Assembly (NCBI GenBank): GCA_963802945.1
Contig: CAWDKY010000029.1
Location: 1-64,000 of the forward strand
Reading direction: 5' to 3'
Source: an uncultured delta proteobacterium
GTDB taxonomy: Bacteria > Desulfobacterota > RBG-13-43-22
DNA length: 64,000 nucleotides
Made by a program: the position numbers and the translations under genes. The notes below the pieces were generated by a model. That model was not told the DNA's origin. It saw only the letters and a program-made list of their open reading frames with translations, and ran no database searches. Shown one piece after another: positions 11,160-20,384 of this stretch (position 1 is its first letter; every line of letters begins with the position of its first letter).

Positions 11160-13241
11160 CTAAAATTTTGCTGAAACCCCTACCCAAAAGCTTCGTCCCG
11201 CGGCAGGATAGCCAACTTCCGGTGTGTAGTTTGCGTCAAAAATATTAGTGACGGCCACATAAACCTCATAATGTTTCAGGAAAGGCTGGGTAATCTTGGC
11301 ATTAAATACCGTATAATCGCCCGCCTTGAGCGTGGCCAGATTCGGGCTGGCTGGGGTCGGCAGTTGGGAGTAAGTTTCTCCGACGTAAACCATGTTGAAA
11401 TCAAGCTTAGTTTTAACCTGAGGAACCACGTATTGGACCCCTAAGTCCACTTTATACGGGGGGACATAGGTCACATCGTCGGATACCCTTCCGGCACTCT
11501 GGTTTTGAGCATTTTCATAAGTGAAGTCGGCCCGAAGGGTCAGACCATCGAGCGGGTAGGCCTCGGCATTCACCTCAAAGCCGGCCAGTGAGACACTTTG
11601 ATAATTTACATAGGAAGTAATCGGGGGTGGTCCGTAATTGACAATCATGTCGGTAACATCATAATAGAACAAGGATAGTCCGGCCTTAGCAAAAGTAGAG
11701 AAGGGGCGGGATACTCCCAGGGTGTAATTCCAACTATCTTCCGCTGACAGATTCGGGTTTCCGCTTTTGGTGTTGTAGAGTTCGAACAAAGTGGGGAAAC
11801 GACTCTTGTGAGCCACAGAACCAAAAAGTTTAGTGGCGTCGGAAAAGGTATAAGTCAGACCCAACATAGGATTAAACGCACTGGCATTCATGGTAGGGTT
11901 TTGGCCCATATTTAGGAAATTCCCGTTGTTGTCCGTGTTGATTTTCTCGGTTTTGGTCACATCAAACCAGTCGTAACTGATACCGGCCACCACTGAGAAA
12001 TTTTTAACCAGGTTGAATTCATTTTCCGCTCCCAAAGAACCGGTGTAGGAGTCGGATGTCTCAAAAGGCAGGTAGGTGTCGGCTCGATCCTGGTGATTAT
12101 CCGTTTTGAAATGAAGAGAAAATCGTAGGATATCCCAATTGACCGGTTGATAATCGGCAAAGAGAGAACCTCCCAGCACGTAATCCTTATAGGTGCTGTC
12201 TGCGAATGGGCCTGTGTAGGTCTGGTTCAAATAGGAGTCCAGATCATCGACGTGGTTGTGATAAAAAAGCTTGGCCTTTAAGGTCACTGTATCAGAAACT
12301 TTTTGCTTGGCATCCAGATCAATCCCCCAATCCGTGTAGTCGGGGATACGGGCAAATTGAGAAAAATACGGTCTGCTGTCAAAGACCATCATGGAATTCG
12401 TTGAAGGAGACCAGCCTTTAGACATGTCCAGATAGTGAAAATTCAGATAATATTCAGAACCTAATTGAGGTTCTATCCCGAACTTGGCCCAAAGATCATT
12501 GTTCTCATAATTCGAATTGACCCTTGTGCCTGTGCCCTGTAAGACTGATGTTGTGGTTGGGCCCGGCCTGAACATAATCGTGGTGGGTGTAGGTTGAAAA
12601 TTACCGGATAGCTGGTAGCCGTCCGATTTCCCATAAGTGTAATTCAACCAGTAATTGAAGATACCGACCTTCATTCCATTAGTGACGGAATAACGCTGAG
12701 TATTGTCCGGGCCGAACTCCATAGAGGCGCTGGTATAGGGTTTTTCCGAAGGTTTCTTGGTGATAATATTGATGACCCCGCCCAAGGCATTGGCCCCATA
12801 GATGACGGAGGCCGCTCCTTTGGTGATTTCTATTTTGGCAATATTCTCAGTGGGGATCTGGTTCAAGTCCAATATATGATAAAAGGTTTCATAAAAGGGT
12901 ACTCCATCGATTAAAACCAGAATCTCGTTTTGAGCAAAGCCGTTCATATAAATATCGGGCTGGTTCTTTGCCCCGGTGGTCACTCGGAACCCGGGGGCGT
13001 TGGCTAAGGCCTCGGCCACGGTTTTGCTGTTGGTGGCCTTGATATCCTCGGCGGTAATTTCTTCAATGATGGTCACTTCCTTGACCTTGGCTTTTTCCGC
13101 AGAGACCACGATCTCGCCCAGGTTATAGACCTCGAATTCATTGGGCGGCGTGGTGGCCGTATCCGCAGCCCAGCCAATGCTAAAAACAAACAAAACAAAC
13201 AGCCCCAGCGACAAAACAATTAAATTTTTCCTTTTTTTCAT
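11160..13241 (-). CDS. TonB-dependent outer-membrane receptor
   Basis: Signal peptide, TonB box EIVVSA, plug motifs LIDGVP and IEITKGAASVIYGANALGGVINIITKK, C-terminal Phe. Confidence 0.93.
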   Translation of the reverse strand: MKKRKNLIVLSLGLFVLFVFSIGWAADTATTPPNEFEVYNLGEIVVSAEKAKVKEVTIIEEITAEDIKATNSKTVAEALANAPGFRVTTGAKNQPDIYMNGFAQNEILVLIDGVPFYETFYHILDLNQIPTENIAKIEITKGAASVIYGANALGGVINIITKKPSEKPYTSASMEFGPDNTQRYSVTNGMKVGIFNYWLNYTYGKSDGYQLSGNFQPTPTTIMFRPGPTTTSVLQGTGTRVNSNYENNDLWAKFGIEPQLGSEYYLNFHYLDMSKGWSPSTNSMMVFDSRPYFSQFARIPDYTDWGIDLDAKQKVSDTVTLKAKLFYHNHVDDLDSYLNQTYTGPFADSTYKDYVLGGSLFADYQPVNWDILRFSLHFKTDNHQDRADTYLPFETSDSYTGSLGAENEFNLVKNFSVVAGISYDWFDVTKTEKINTDNNGNFLNMGQNPTMNASAFNPMLGLTYTFSDATKLFGSVAHKSRFPTLFELYNTKSGNPNLSAEDSWNYTLGVSRPFSTFAKAGLSLFYYDVTDMIVNYGPPPITSYVNYQSVSLAGFEVNAEAYPLDGLTLRADFTYENAQNQSAGRVSDDVTYVPPYKVDLGVQYVVPQVKTKLDFNMVYVGETYSQLPTPASPNLATLKAGDYTVFNAKITQPFLKHYEVYVAVTNIFDANYTPEVGYPAAGRSFWVGVSAKF

Positions 13242-13260
13242 TCTTTTTCTCCTTTTATTG

Positions 13261-14568
13261 TTATTGATTTTTGGAGTTAGCCCAAAAGAAATAAAATGGT
13301 ATTCCTGAGACAGCTAAGAGAAGCCCCATAAGGGAGGTCGAAGGCTTTTCCATAAAAATTTGTTTGCTGATCCAGAGATAAGCAAGGGTAAATAAAACAG
13401 GAACCAGCGGATAACCCCAGGTGAGGTAAGGCCTAAGAAGTCCCGGCTTTTGCCATCGTAAGATCAGGTGAGAGGCGCCGGTGGCCGTGGAGATGATCAG
13501 CATGACAAAAACAACATAGCTCAAAAGCTGGCTGAAAGTTCCCAGGCAGACCAAAAGAACGGCCAAAACGGTTTGACTTAAAATGGCCAGATAAGGTGAA
13601 TGAAACCGAGGGTGGAGTCTCTTTAAAAACGACCAAAAGATTTTATCCTCGGACATAGCGTAAAAGATCCTTGCTCCGGCCATTATGGTGGCGTTGATAC
13701 TGGAACAAATAGCCAGCATGATAGCCAGAGAAATCAACATGGAGATCGTGGAGTTAAAGAGAGCCGTAGCGGTAATTTGTCCCACGTTAATCACCCCTTT
13801 GAGCTCGGTGAGAGGCAAGGCATAGAGATAGGTGACATTGATCGAGGTATAAAGGATTCCAACGATGGCAGTACCCAATAGCAACGAAAGAGGGATATTT
13901 CGCTCGGGCTTTTTGATTTCACTGCCCACGTAAGCCGAGGCGAACCATCCGCTGTAGGTGAAAATGATGGCGATCATAGCAGAGCCGAAGATTTTTGAAA
14001 AAGGAGGGGGTTGTGAGGAAGTGATTGAGAAGTGGTCCCAACTGCCTTTTCCAAAAATAAGGCCTCCGGCAATAAAGGCCACCAGAAGAACTATAGAACC
14101 TAAGGTAAAAAAGTCCTGAGTCGTTCCGCCCCAGCGGATGCCCCGGTAATTGATCCATGAGAAAAAAAAGATTATTCCCAAGGCCAAGCCCTTTTCCAAT
14201 AAGGGATCATTCAAAGCCAAAAGGGGTTTCATGTAGCTTACCAAAGCCAGAGACAGGGCGGCTATTGAGCCGGGGATAATGATCCAAAAATTAACCCATC
14301 CCAGAAGAAAGCCGGCCCAGAGGCCATAGCTGGCCTTTAAGAACTGGTAGTCTCCTCCGGCCTTCGGAAACATTCCGGCCAGTTCGGCATAGGTCAGGGC
14401 TCCAAAGAAGGTTATCAAGCCACCCAAGATCCATATTCCGATAAAAAGCCAGGGGCGGGGAAGTTCACCGGCCAAAAAGCCGCTGGTGGTGAATATTCCT
14501 GCACCGACCACATTACCAACGACCAGTAAGGTAGCATCCGAAAGGGTCAATTCGCGTTTGAGTTCCAT
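13261..14568 (-). CDS. APC family amino acid permease
   Basis: VVGAGIF, YAELAGMFPKAGG, YSGW, EIKKPERNIP and ARIFYAMS; about 12 TM helices. Confidence 0.92.
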   Translation of the reverse strand: MELKRELTLSDATLLVVGNVVGAGIFTTSGFLAGELPRPWLFIGIWILGGLITFFGALTYAELAGMFPKAGGDYQFLKASYGLWAGFLLGWVNFWIIIPGSIAALSLALVSYMKPLLALNDPLLEKGLALGIIFFFSWINYRGIRWGGTTQDFFTLGSIVLLVAFIAGGLIFGKGSWDHFSITSSQPPPFSKIFGSAMIAIIFTYSGWFASAYVGSEIKKPERNIPLSLLLGTAIVGILYTSINVTYLYALPLTELKGVINVGQITATALFNSTISMLISLAIMLAICSSINATIMAGARIFYAMSEDKIFWSFLKRLHPRFHSPYLAILSQTVLAVLLVCLGTFSQLLSYVVFVMLIISTATGASHLILRWQKPGLLRPYLTWGYPLVPVLFTLAYLWISKQIFMEKPSTSLMGLLLAVSGIPFYFFWANSKNQ

Positions 14569-14581
14569 TGGCCCGTTTCCT

Positions 14582-16351
14582 TTATTCCAGACAGGACCCC
14601 ACGTAGATCATCCCCAGCCAGGCTTCCTTTTCTTCGTTTTCTTTTTCAACTGCTTCGGCGGCCTTGTCCAAAGTGGCTTTGATCAAGCGTTTGCTGTTGG
14701 AATAGCCGACCCGGATGGCAAAGGTTACTGGGGTGGAGCCCGGGTAATATTTTTTCAAAAGGGGGATAAGATCGTTGATCTCCTTCAGTCCCATAAAGAT
14801 AGCCAGGGTATCTCCTTTTTCAGCCACGGCCCTAAGCATGGCGGGGTTGTCTCTTAAGGACCAGGGTGAGGACAATATGATTGAGCCTTTGCAGGCCATC
14901 TCTTTGCCGATCATGGCATTGGCGGCATTAAAGGCGCTGATGCCGGGGATGAATGTTTTTTCATGATCGGCAAACCTGGCATTTATTCCCCTAAGACTTC
15001 CGTAAATGGACGGATCGCCGTACTCCAGGAGGGCTACGGTTTTACCTTTACTCAGTTCCTCACGGATCATCTTGACGGCTTCGCCGACCTTTCCTTCGAT
15101 TAATTTTTCCCGTTCTTCATGGGATATTTTTTCGTGTTCCTTGCCGTAGATGGGCTTGGGCATCAGCACCTTAAAAGGATCAAAGAGCACCGGCCGGTGG
15201 CCGAAATAAAAGGCGTAACGTTTGGCAATATCCTCGGAGCAGGCCACGGCATCGGCTTTGCTTAAGTAACTGAGGGCCTCCAGGGTCAACAGGCTGGTGT
15301 CGGCACAGCCCACACTGATGATGTAAACCTTGGGCGATTTTTTTAAGTTGATCACCTCGACCTTGGCCACGGCCTTGACATCCCGATCAGCCGAAAGATC
15401 GTCCGGGAGGACCAATTTAAATTTTCCATCTTTTTCTATGGGTTGGTTGTCGGTCCGGTCGGCAATCAAGATCCGATGGCCTAATGGGGCCAAAAACAAT
15501 TCCCCGAAAGACAAGAGGGAACGATAGCCGTCCGGGGAAGAGACCAAGAAAACCGAATTGATGTCCATTTCCGCCCCGGCCTTTTCCAAAAGTTTGATCA
15601 ACGGAACGCCGCCGGCTTGCTTTAAGCCGTGGTATCCCTTCCCATCTCCAACCTCTTTAACCATAACCTCCGTATGAGGAAAGGCCGATAAATCGGCGAA
15701 TGCCAGAGGAGTCTTGACCGATCCGGAAACGGTAAAAGAGGGGGAGTGCAACTTGTCTTTTTTTTGAAGTTCTAGTTTGGGATTTAAATCGACAACCTCA
15801 ATATCGGTCACCTCTTCCAGAGAACGGTCCGTGTAAAAGTCGTTGGCCACAACCAGTTTGGGGAAACCGATCGGCCTTTTAAGCGGACTAGACCACTTGT
15901 CGGAAACCTCGGATTTATGACAGAAGGCACAATTCCGGCCTGGCATAATCGGAGAGGCGGAAAAAGCGATGATGATCTCGGCAGGATTCTTGTAAAAGAC
16001 CTCTCCCCAGGAAAGGGTGGCCTGTTTCCCGGCCTTGTTCCGGACGACAATGGCCATATCCAGCGGTTTAAAAAAATGGGTTTCTTCTTTTTGCACATAA
16101 GCCAGTTCAAGTATTGTGCGCAATGGAACTCCCTGGTAATTGAACACGCCGAGGAAGTTTTTATTCCGGTCTACCTCATTGAGACGGACGTTGATCGATT
16201 GAACTTTAGACAGGTCATCAAGGGAAAGGCGGATTGGCTGTTTAACCGCCCCGGAAATACTAAGACTCACCGATGCAGCGGCCCATCCCTGCATCTGGAA
16301 AATAAGGATCAAAATAAAACAACAAGATAGTATTAAAATATTTCTTCTCAT
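14582..16351 (-). CDS. Exported fusion protein: two molybdopterin-oxidoreductase-like domains with a CxxCH motif plus a C-terminal tetrapyrrole methylase domain
   Basis: Signal peptide (GWA-A). Repeated SG.VK.P..L...DL / GVPL..LLE.A / DGY / D...DR.V units. CAFCH. Methylase motifs VYIISVG, EYGDPSIYG, IPGISAFNAA. Confidence 0.75.
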   Translation of the reverse strand: MRRNILILSCCFILILIFQMQGWAAASVSLSISGAVKQPIRLSLDDLSKVQSINVRLNEVDRNKNFLGVFNYQGVPLRTILELAYVQKEETHFFKPLDMAIVVRNKAGKQATLSWGEVFYKNPAEIIIAFSASPIMPGRNCAFCHKSEVSDKWSSPLKRPIGFPKLVVANDFYTDRSLEEVTDIEVVDLNPKLELQKKDKLHSPSFTVSGSVKTPLAFADLSAFPHTEVMVKEVGDGKGYHGLKQAGGVPLIKLLEKAGAEMDINSVFLVSSPDGYRSLLSFGELFLAPLGHRILIADRTDNQPIEKDGKFKLVLPDDLSADRDVKAVAKVEVINLKKSPKVYIISVGCADTSLLTLEALSYLSKADAVACSEDIAKRYAFYFGHRPVLFDPFKVLMPKPIYGKEHEKISHEEREKLIEGKVGEAVKMIREELSKGKTVALLEYGDPSIYGSLRGINARFADHEKTFIPGISAFNAANAMIGKEMACKGSIILSSPWSLRDNPAMLRAVAEKGDTLAIFMGLKEINDLIPLLKKYYPGSTPVTFAIRVGYSNSKRLIKATLDKAAEAVEKENEEKEAWLGMIYVGSCLE

Positions 16352-16366
16352 TAGGCTGTTGCCTCC

Positions 16367-17158
16367 TTAAGTCTTTTTTCTTTGTGGGAAATACCAGAAC
16401 ATCAATAAGCATAACACCGCAAAACCCGGCAGGATCAACGGCAGACCGGGATCCTTTTTTATAATCAGGTGTAGTTCGGGGGGTGCAAAAGTTTTTTGTG
16501 AATCCGGTCTTATGAAGGCATCCAGATGGAAACTCAGCCCTTGCCAATGTATGGGATTGAGAATGCTGAGTTCCCTTATTTCTGTTTTTTCAGGGCCCTG
16601 TATTTTTAACACAACCGTGCATTGTTTGATTACCCCATTCAATGCTGCAGGAGCCATGTAACGCTCGAACTTCTGACTGATCGCTTCCACATTTCTTCCC
16701 TGGGGCAGAGATATTTTTTGATTAAATTTAAGAGGAATGTTTTGTTGAAAGCCGATGATCAGGCTTAAAAAATGTCCGGAAAGCATGACCAGGAAGCAAA
16801 GATGAATAAAAGATGGGGTAATTTTTATGGAAAAAATCCGTAACCCCAATTGATTCTTTTTGGGCCACAGTTGGGTTATTCGTTTTATGGCGCAGACGAT
16901 CGTGTTGGCTCCCAGAAAAAATAAAAGGGCCAATAATGTCCCGAACCACCAGATTCTCCCCGGTTGATATTGTCCGTATTTTATAAACCAATCCTGGATC
17001 AGAGAATGATTTAAAGGCATAAAAAGCTTGGGATTATATTGGATGAAGTAAGCGCCGACGGCCAGATTCATAGAAATGGAGAAGAGGAGCCAGAAATTGA
17101 CTTTTACCTCACCGCAGAAATCCCATAATTTTTTAAACATCAGGGTACTAACCTCCAA
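16367..17158 (-). CDS. ResB/CcsB-like cytochrome c biogenesis protein (short)
   Basis: Three N-terminal TM helices with FIHLCF His, a soluble domain, then DPG before the last TM helix. Coupled to the CcsA-like gene. Confidence 0.65.
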   Translation of the reverse strand: MEVSTLMFKKLWDFCGEVKVNFWLLFSISMNLAVGAYFIQYNPKLFMPLNHSLIQDWFIKYGQYQPGRIWWFGTLLALLFFLGANTIVCAIKRITQLWPKKNQLGLRIFSIKITPSFIHLCFLVMLSGHFLSLIIGFQQNIPLKFNQKISLPQGRNVEAISQKFERYMAPAALNGVIKQCTVVLKIQGPEKTEIRELSILNPIHWQGLSFHLDAFIRPDSQKTFAPPELHLIIKKDPGLPLILPGFAVLCLLMFWYFPQRKKT

Positions 17159-17906
17159 TCCTGGGAAACATCATACTGAACTGATAACTATAGGCAAAAA
17201 TAAAGACCAGGAAAAAACCGGCCAAAGAGAACCAGGCTTCGTGCCTACTGTTCCAGGTTGGAAAATATCTCAAATGTAAAATGGCCGCATAATAACACCA
17301 GATAGAGGCGGATTGCAGGTGCTTAGTGCTCCAATGGATGGGGGTGGCCCAGCCCAAATAGGCCCAATAGGCCCCGACTACCTGGGAAATACTGTAAAAA
17401 ATAAATCCCCAGATAATAAAGGAATTAAAAATCCTTGCTTCATCTTTTCCCTTGAGGTGAAAGATAGCGAACCAGGCACCCAGGATAAAACAGGCATGCG
17501 CAAGGGTATCAACACAGAAATATAAGGGGACAAAGAGGGTTCCATGCTTCGGGTCCGGGGGAATAATTCCCTTAGGGAAGATCAGGGCCATAAGGGAAAA
17601 GAGGCAGATCGGGATAATTATTGAATGGATTACCGTTTTATTTTTTTCATCTTTGGAAAACCATTGTATCCCCAAACTAATGAAGGCCATCGACCAGGGC
17701 AAGAAATAAAGTTCATCAAAAATGGGATTTGGAAGCCAGATTCCCAGGAACAGGCCTCTGCTTAATTGAAAAAGGGTATGAAATATGAATCCTATCAGTA
17801 AAGCAGCCAAGCTGGTTTTGGGACGATTAAAAAGATAGGAAACCAAACCCAGCAGATAAAAGCCCAGAGCGATAGTGAAGGCATACTGGAAAATTAATGT
17901 AATCAC
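17148..17906 (-). CDS. CcsA/ResC-like cytochrome c synthase
   Basis: Polytopic membrane protein with GAYWAYLGW-x5-W (WWD-like domain) and flanking His residues (LAHAC, ILHLR). Confidence 0.8.
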   Translation of the reverse strand: MITLIFQYAFTIALGFYLLGLVSYLFNRPKTSLAALLIGFIFHTLFQLSRGLFLGIWLPNPIFDELYFLPWSMAFISLGIQWFSKDEKNKTVIHSIIIPICLFSLMALIFPKGIIPPDPKHGTLFVPLYFCVDTLAHACFILGAWFAIFHLKGKDEARIFNSFIIWGFIFYSISQVVGAYWAYLGWATPIHWSTKHLQSASIWCYYAAILHLRYFPTWNSRHEAWFSLAGFFLVFIFAYSYQFSMMFPRIGG

Positions 17907-17975
17907 TGGCGATGTCCTGGCTGAACTTTAAGGATAAAGGGAAATATAAAGTCAGTCAAAAGCTACCTTATCATA

Positions 17976-18001
17976 TATGTTATTTTTGACATATATGTCA
18001 A
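17976..18001. promoter_or_regulatory. Putative operator upstream of the ccsA-TBDR operon
   Basis: TATGTTA-TTTT-TGACATA (17976-17993) overlapping the perfect 16-bp palindrome TTGACATATATGTCAA (17986-18001), which contains a -35-like TTGACA. Confidence 0.55.
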
Positions 18002-18066
18002 GATAAAATTTAGTTGCCGAGCAGGGAGGGGTAGGCCATTTAAAAGTATGCGGGAAAACTCATTTT

Positions 18067-18217
18067 TACAGGTTGGTCAAAAAGGTTCAAATCTAAAACG
18101 CATGCGAAGAAACCGCGAAAATCTCGCCGAAGGGGTGGGACTGACGTTCCCTTTGACGAAGAAATCCCGAGGAATGACCGCAACGCGTCTAGATTCGGCC
18201 TTTCTCAGCAACCTGTT
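18067..18217. mobile_element. MITE-like element, copy 1
   Basis: Terminal inverted repeats CAGGTTGGTCAAAAAGG / CCTTTCTCAGCAACCTG. Inverted relative of 24313-24442, sharing internal GAAATCCCGAGGAATGA. Confidence 0.7.
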
Positions 18218-18315
18218 AATGGATTACTCACAGATTTATAAGGAGCCGGCTTCGGCAAAATTAAGATGTCTATGTCTGTATGCCGGGTTCTCCCCTAATC
18301 GATCGAGTCCTCTGC

Positions 18316-18675
18316 TCAGGAGTTCCATAGCCCCTTGGCTTTTTTGCTTACTTCTTCGCTTCGGCTTTCTAATATTTTAAAAAATGAATCTTCTGTTATG
18401 GTTTTTATTTCCTCAATTGTTTTACCTTGAATTAAAGCACAAAGAATCTCAACGGCGACGTTGGTGGTGGGGTCACAGGTGCATAAATATTTTATGGCCT
18501 CAATTTTGCCGTTGAGGATATTGATGTATAGATGCAAATAATCCCCGATATTTCCGCAAATAGGAATATTTTCACTGACGGTATCCAGAAATATGGAAGG
18601 ATTTTCCAGAGAACCGGCATGTTCAAATCCTGTCTTAAGTAATCGACGATAATATTGGATAACGGCCTGGTCCAT
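18316..18675 (-). CDS. IscU/NifU-N-like scaffold or sulfur-transfer protein (probable C-terminal frameshift)
   Basis: HAGSLEN, PICG-GDYLHLYI and YLCTCD...EILCALIQGKTIEE. Lies directly downstream of a cysteine desulfurase. Confidence 0.75.
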   Translation of the reverse strand: MDQAVIQYYRRLLKTGFEHAGSLENPSIFLDTVSENIPICGNIGDYLHLYINILNGKIEAIKYLCTCDPTTNVAVEILCALIQGKTIEEIKTITEDSFFKILESRSEEVSKKAKGLWNS

Positions 18676-18736
18676 TACGCTCCGAAAGTTCTTTTTTGTC
18701 ATTCCGGTGAAAAAGATTATTCTTGATTACCAAAAA

Positions 18737-18850
18737 CGTCATTCCGGACGAGTACACCTATGGGGACGGATCCGGAATCCAGAAATTGATAATAAAATGA
18801 AAAAGCCCCTGCATCCGGCTCTCGCCCGAAGCGGGCTTGGCCGGTGACGA
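18737..18850. repeat. GTCATTCCGG-type palindromic repeat element
   Basis: CGTCATTCCGG...GGATCCGGAATCCAG...CTGCATCCGGC...CCGGTGACG nested inverted repeats. Confidence 0.55.
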
Positions 18851-18894
18851 ATGATAACATCGCCTCGAAGTGGGGGTGACGACTATTTGTGAAA

Positions 18895-20298
18895 TTAATA
18901 AAAATTTATATTGGAAATTTTTAAAAGGTAGCTTCGCTCCTCGAATATTTCCTGTAACGTCTCCAAAAATATCCGGCATTCTTCCATAGTGTTATAGAAA
19001 TAGAGGGACAGACGATAAACCATTCTGTGTTCCTCGGGCAGCCGGGGTTTGGTCCAGCCCTGCCCGAATACCTTATTAAAATAGGAATGGACACAGAAAA
19101 GGCCGTCTCTGATCATGATATTATTCTTGGCATTCAGTTCTTCCGTAATCCCTACGGCATTTGGTCTTTTGATCTCGAAGGTTAGAATGCCTCCCCTTTT
19201 TCCGGCGTCGTGGGGGCCGATAATTTTGAACCAGCCTGTTTCTCCATAACGTCCGAGGAGTTCATCGGTGAGAAAACCATTCAACCGCCGTTCCCAGGCA
19301 TCAATTTTGTCCAGGCCGACTTGCCGTAAATATTGCACGGCGGTGGCGGCGGCAATCTGGCCCGGATAATTCTGCACCCCGACCTCAAAACGCTCCGGCG
19401 GATCTAAAAGAAGGTATCCTTGATAAGTCGTGTCATGTACAACACCGCCACCCAGGAGTACCGGTTCAATGGCGTCTTGGCAACTCCTTCCTCCCGGCGC
19501 TTTCCACCCTAAAAGTTCTTTTTTGCCGTACAGAATACCCACACCGCGGGGGCCGCACATCTTGTGGATGGAAAAAGCCAGGAAATCTACATCCAGGTCT
19601 TGAACATCCATAGCCTTGTGCGGTGCTGTCTGGGCGGCGTCCAGCAGGACTTTTGCACCATAACGATGGGCGACATTGATGATTGCTTTGGCCGGTATGG
19701 TATAGCCGGTGATATTCGAAGTGTAGCCCATACTGACCAAGCGCACGGGGCTGTTTTCCAATTTTCGCCTGAAGCTGGCAAGATCGAAGGTGTCGTCTTC
19801 CCCCGGCTCGCAATAATCGACCTTGATCAGCCCTTTTTCCTGCAATCGGAGCCAAGGGATGAGATTCGAGTTATGTTCCCGATCGGTGAGCAAAACAACG
19901 TCGCCGGGACGGAAGGGAAAACCGAGGGCGATCATGTTAATGGCCTGGCTGGCATTGGCGGTGAAGATGATTTCCTTTTCGGAGCGGGCATTGATGAAGT
20001 CGGCGATAATCCGGCGCGAGCCTTCTATTCCCCTTTCAGGATCGCCGTCAATCCGCGCGGCGACTTCATCGGCAAACCAATGCCGGCTCCTGTGGCCTCC
20101 GCAGGCCGGATATTTTTCATAATAATCCGTCATCGCCCGGATGACCGGCTTGGGAACCAGCGTGGTGCAAGCGTTATCGAAATAGATGGGAAGCTTGCCG
20201 TTTCGTTTTATATTCAGGGCTGGGAAATCTTCTCTGATCGATTCCCAAGAAATGTCGCCGTTACCGTTAAAAGAAGAATTCGCCATAGGCGGTATCAT
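18895..20298 (-). CDS. Cysteine desulfurase, SufS/CsdA-like (class V aminotransferase)
   Basis: IYFDNACTT, EHNSN, DAAQ, PLP lysine in SIHKMCGP, catalytic Cys loop RDGLFCVH. Confidence 0.88.
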   Translation of the reverse strand: MIPPMANSSFNGNGDISWESIREDFPALNIKRNGKLPIYFDNACTTLVPKPVIRAMTDYYEKYPACGGHRSRHWFADEVAARIDGDPERGIEGSRRIIADFINARSEKEIIFTANASQAINMIALGFPFRPGDVVLLTDREHNSNLIPWLRLQEKGLIKVDYCEPGEDDTFDLASFRRKLENSPVRLVSMGYTSNITGYTIPAKAIINVAHRYGAKVLLDAAQTAPHKAMDVQDLDVDFLAFSIHKMCGPRGVGILYGKKELLGWKAPGGRSCQDAIEPVLLGGGVVHDTTYQGYLLLDPPERFEVGVQNYPGQIAAATAVQYLRQVGLDKIDAWERRLNGFLTDELLGRYGETGWFKIIGPHDAGKRGGILTFEIKRPNAVGITEELNAKNNIMIRDGLFCVHSYFNKVFGQGWTKPRLPEEHRMVYRLSLYFYNTMEECRIFLETLQEIFEERSYLLKISNINFY

Positions 20299-20324
20299 AG
20301 GAAATGAATTACCAAAAGGTCAAA

Positions 20325-20371
20325 TAAAAATCGGCGAGCCGTCGTAATATAATACGTCTCGACTCGCCGAT
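20325..20371 (-). terminator. Hairpin or terminator after the aldehyde oxidoreductase gene
   Basis: ATCGGCGAG...CTCGCCGAT followed by a T-run on the minus strand. Confidence 0.55.
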
Positions 20372-20384
20372 ACCTGGTTCTCGA

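Noticed and set aside
17907-18060. Possible cobalamin or Moco riboswitch upstream of the TBDR/methylase operon
   Set aside because: The region is short and AT-rich, and I see no B12-box or other conserved riboswitch elements.
18048-18380. 110-aa ORF (and 24251..24487)
   Set aside because: These are translations of the non-coding MITE copies.
19564-20307. 247-aa plus-strand ORF
   Set aside because: Antisense to the cysteine desulfurase gene.
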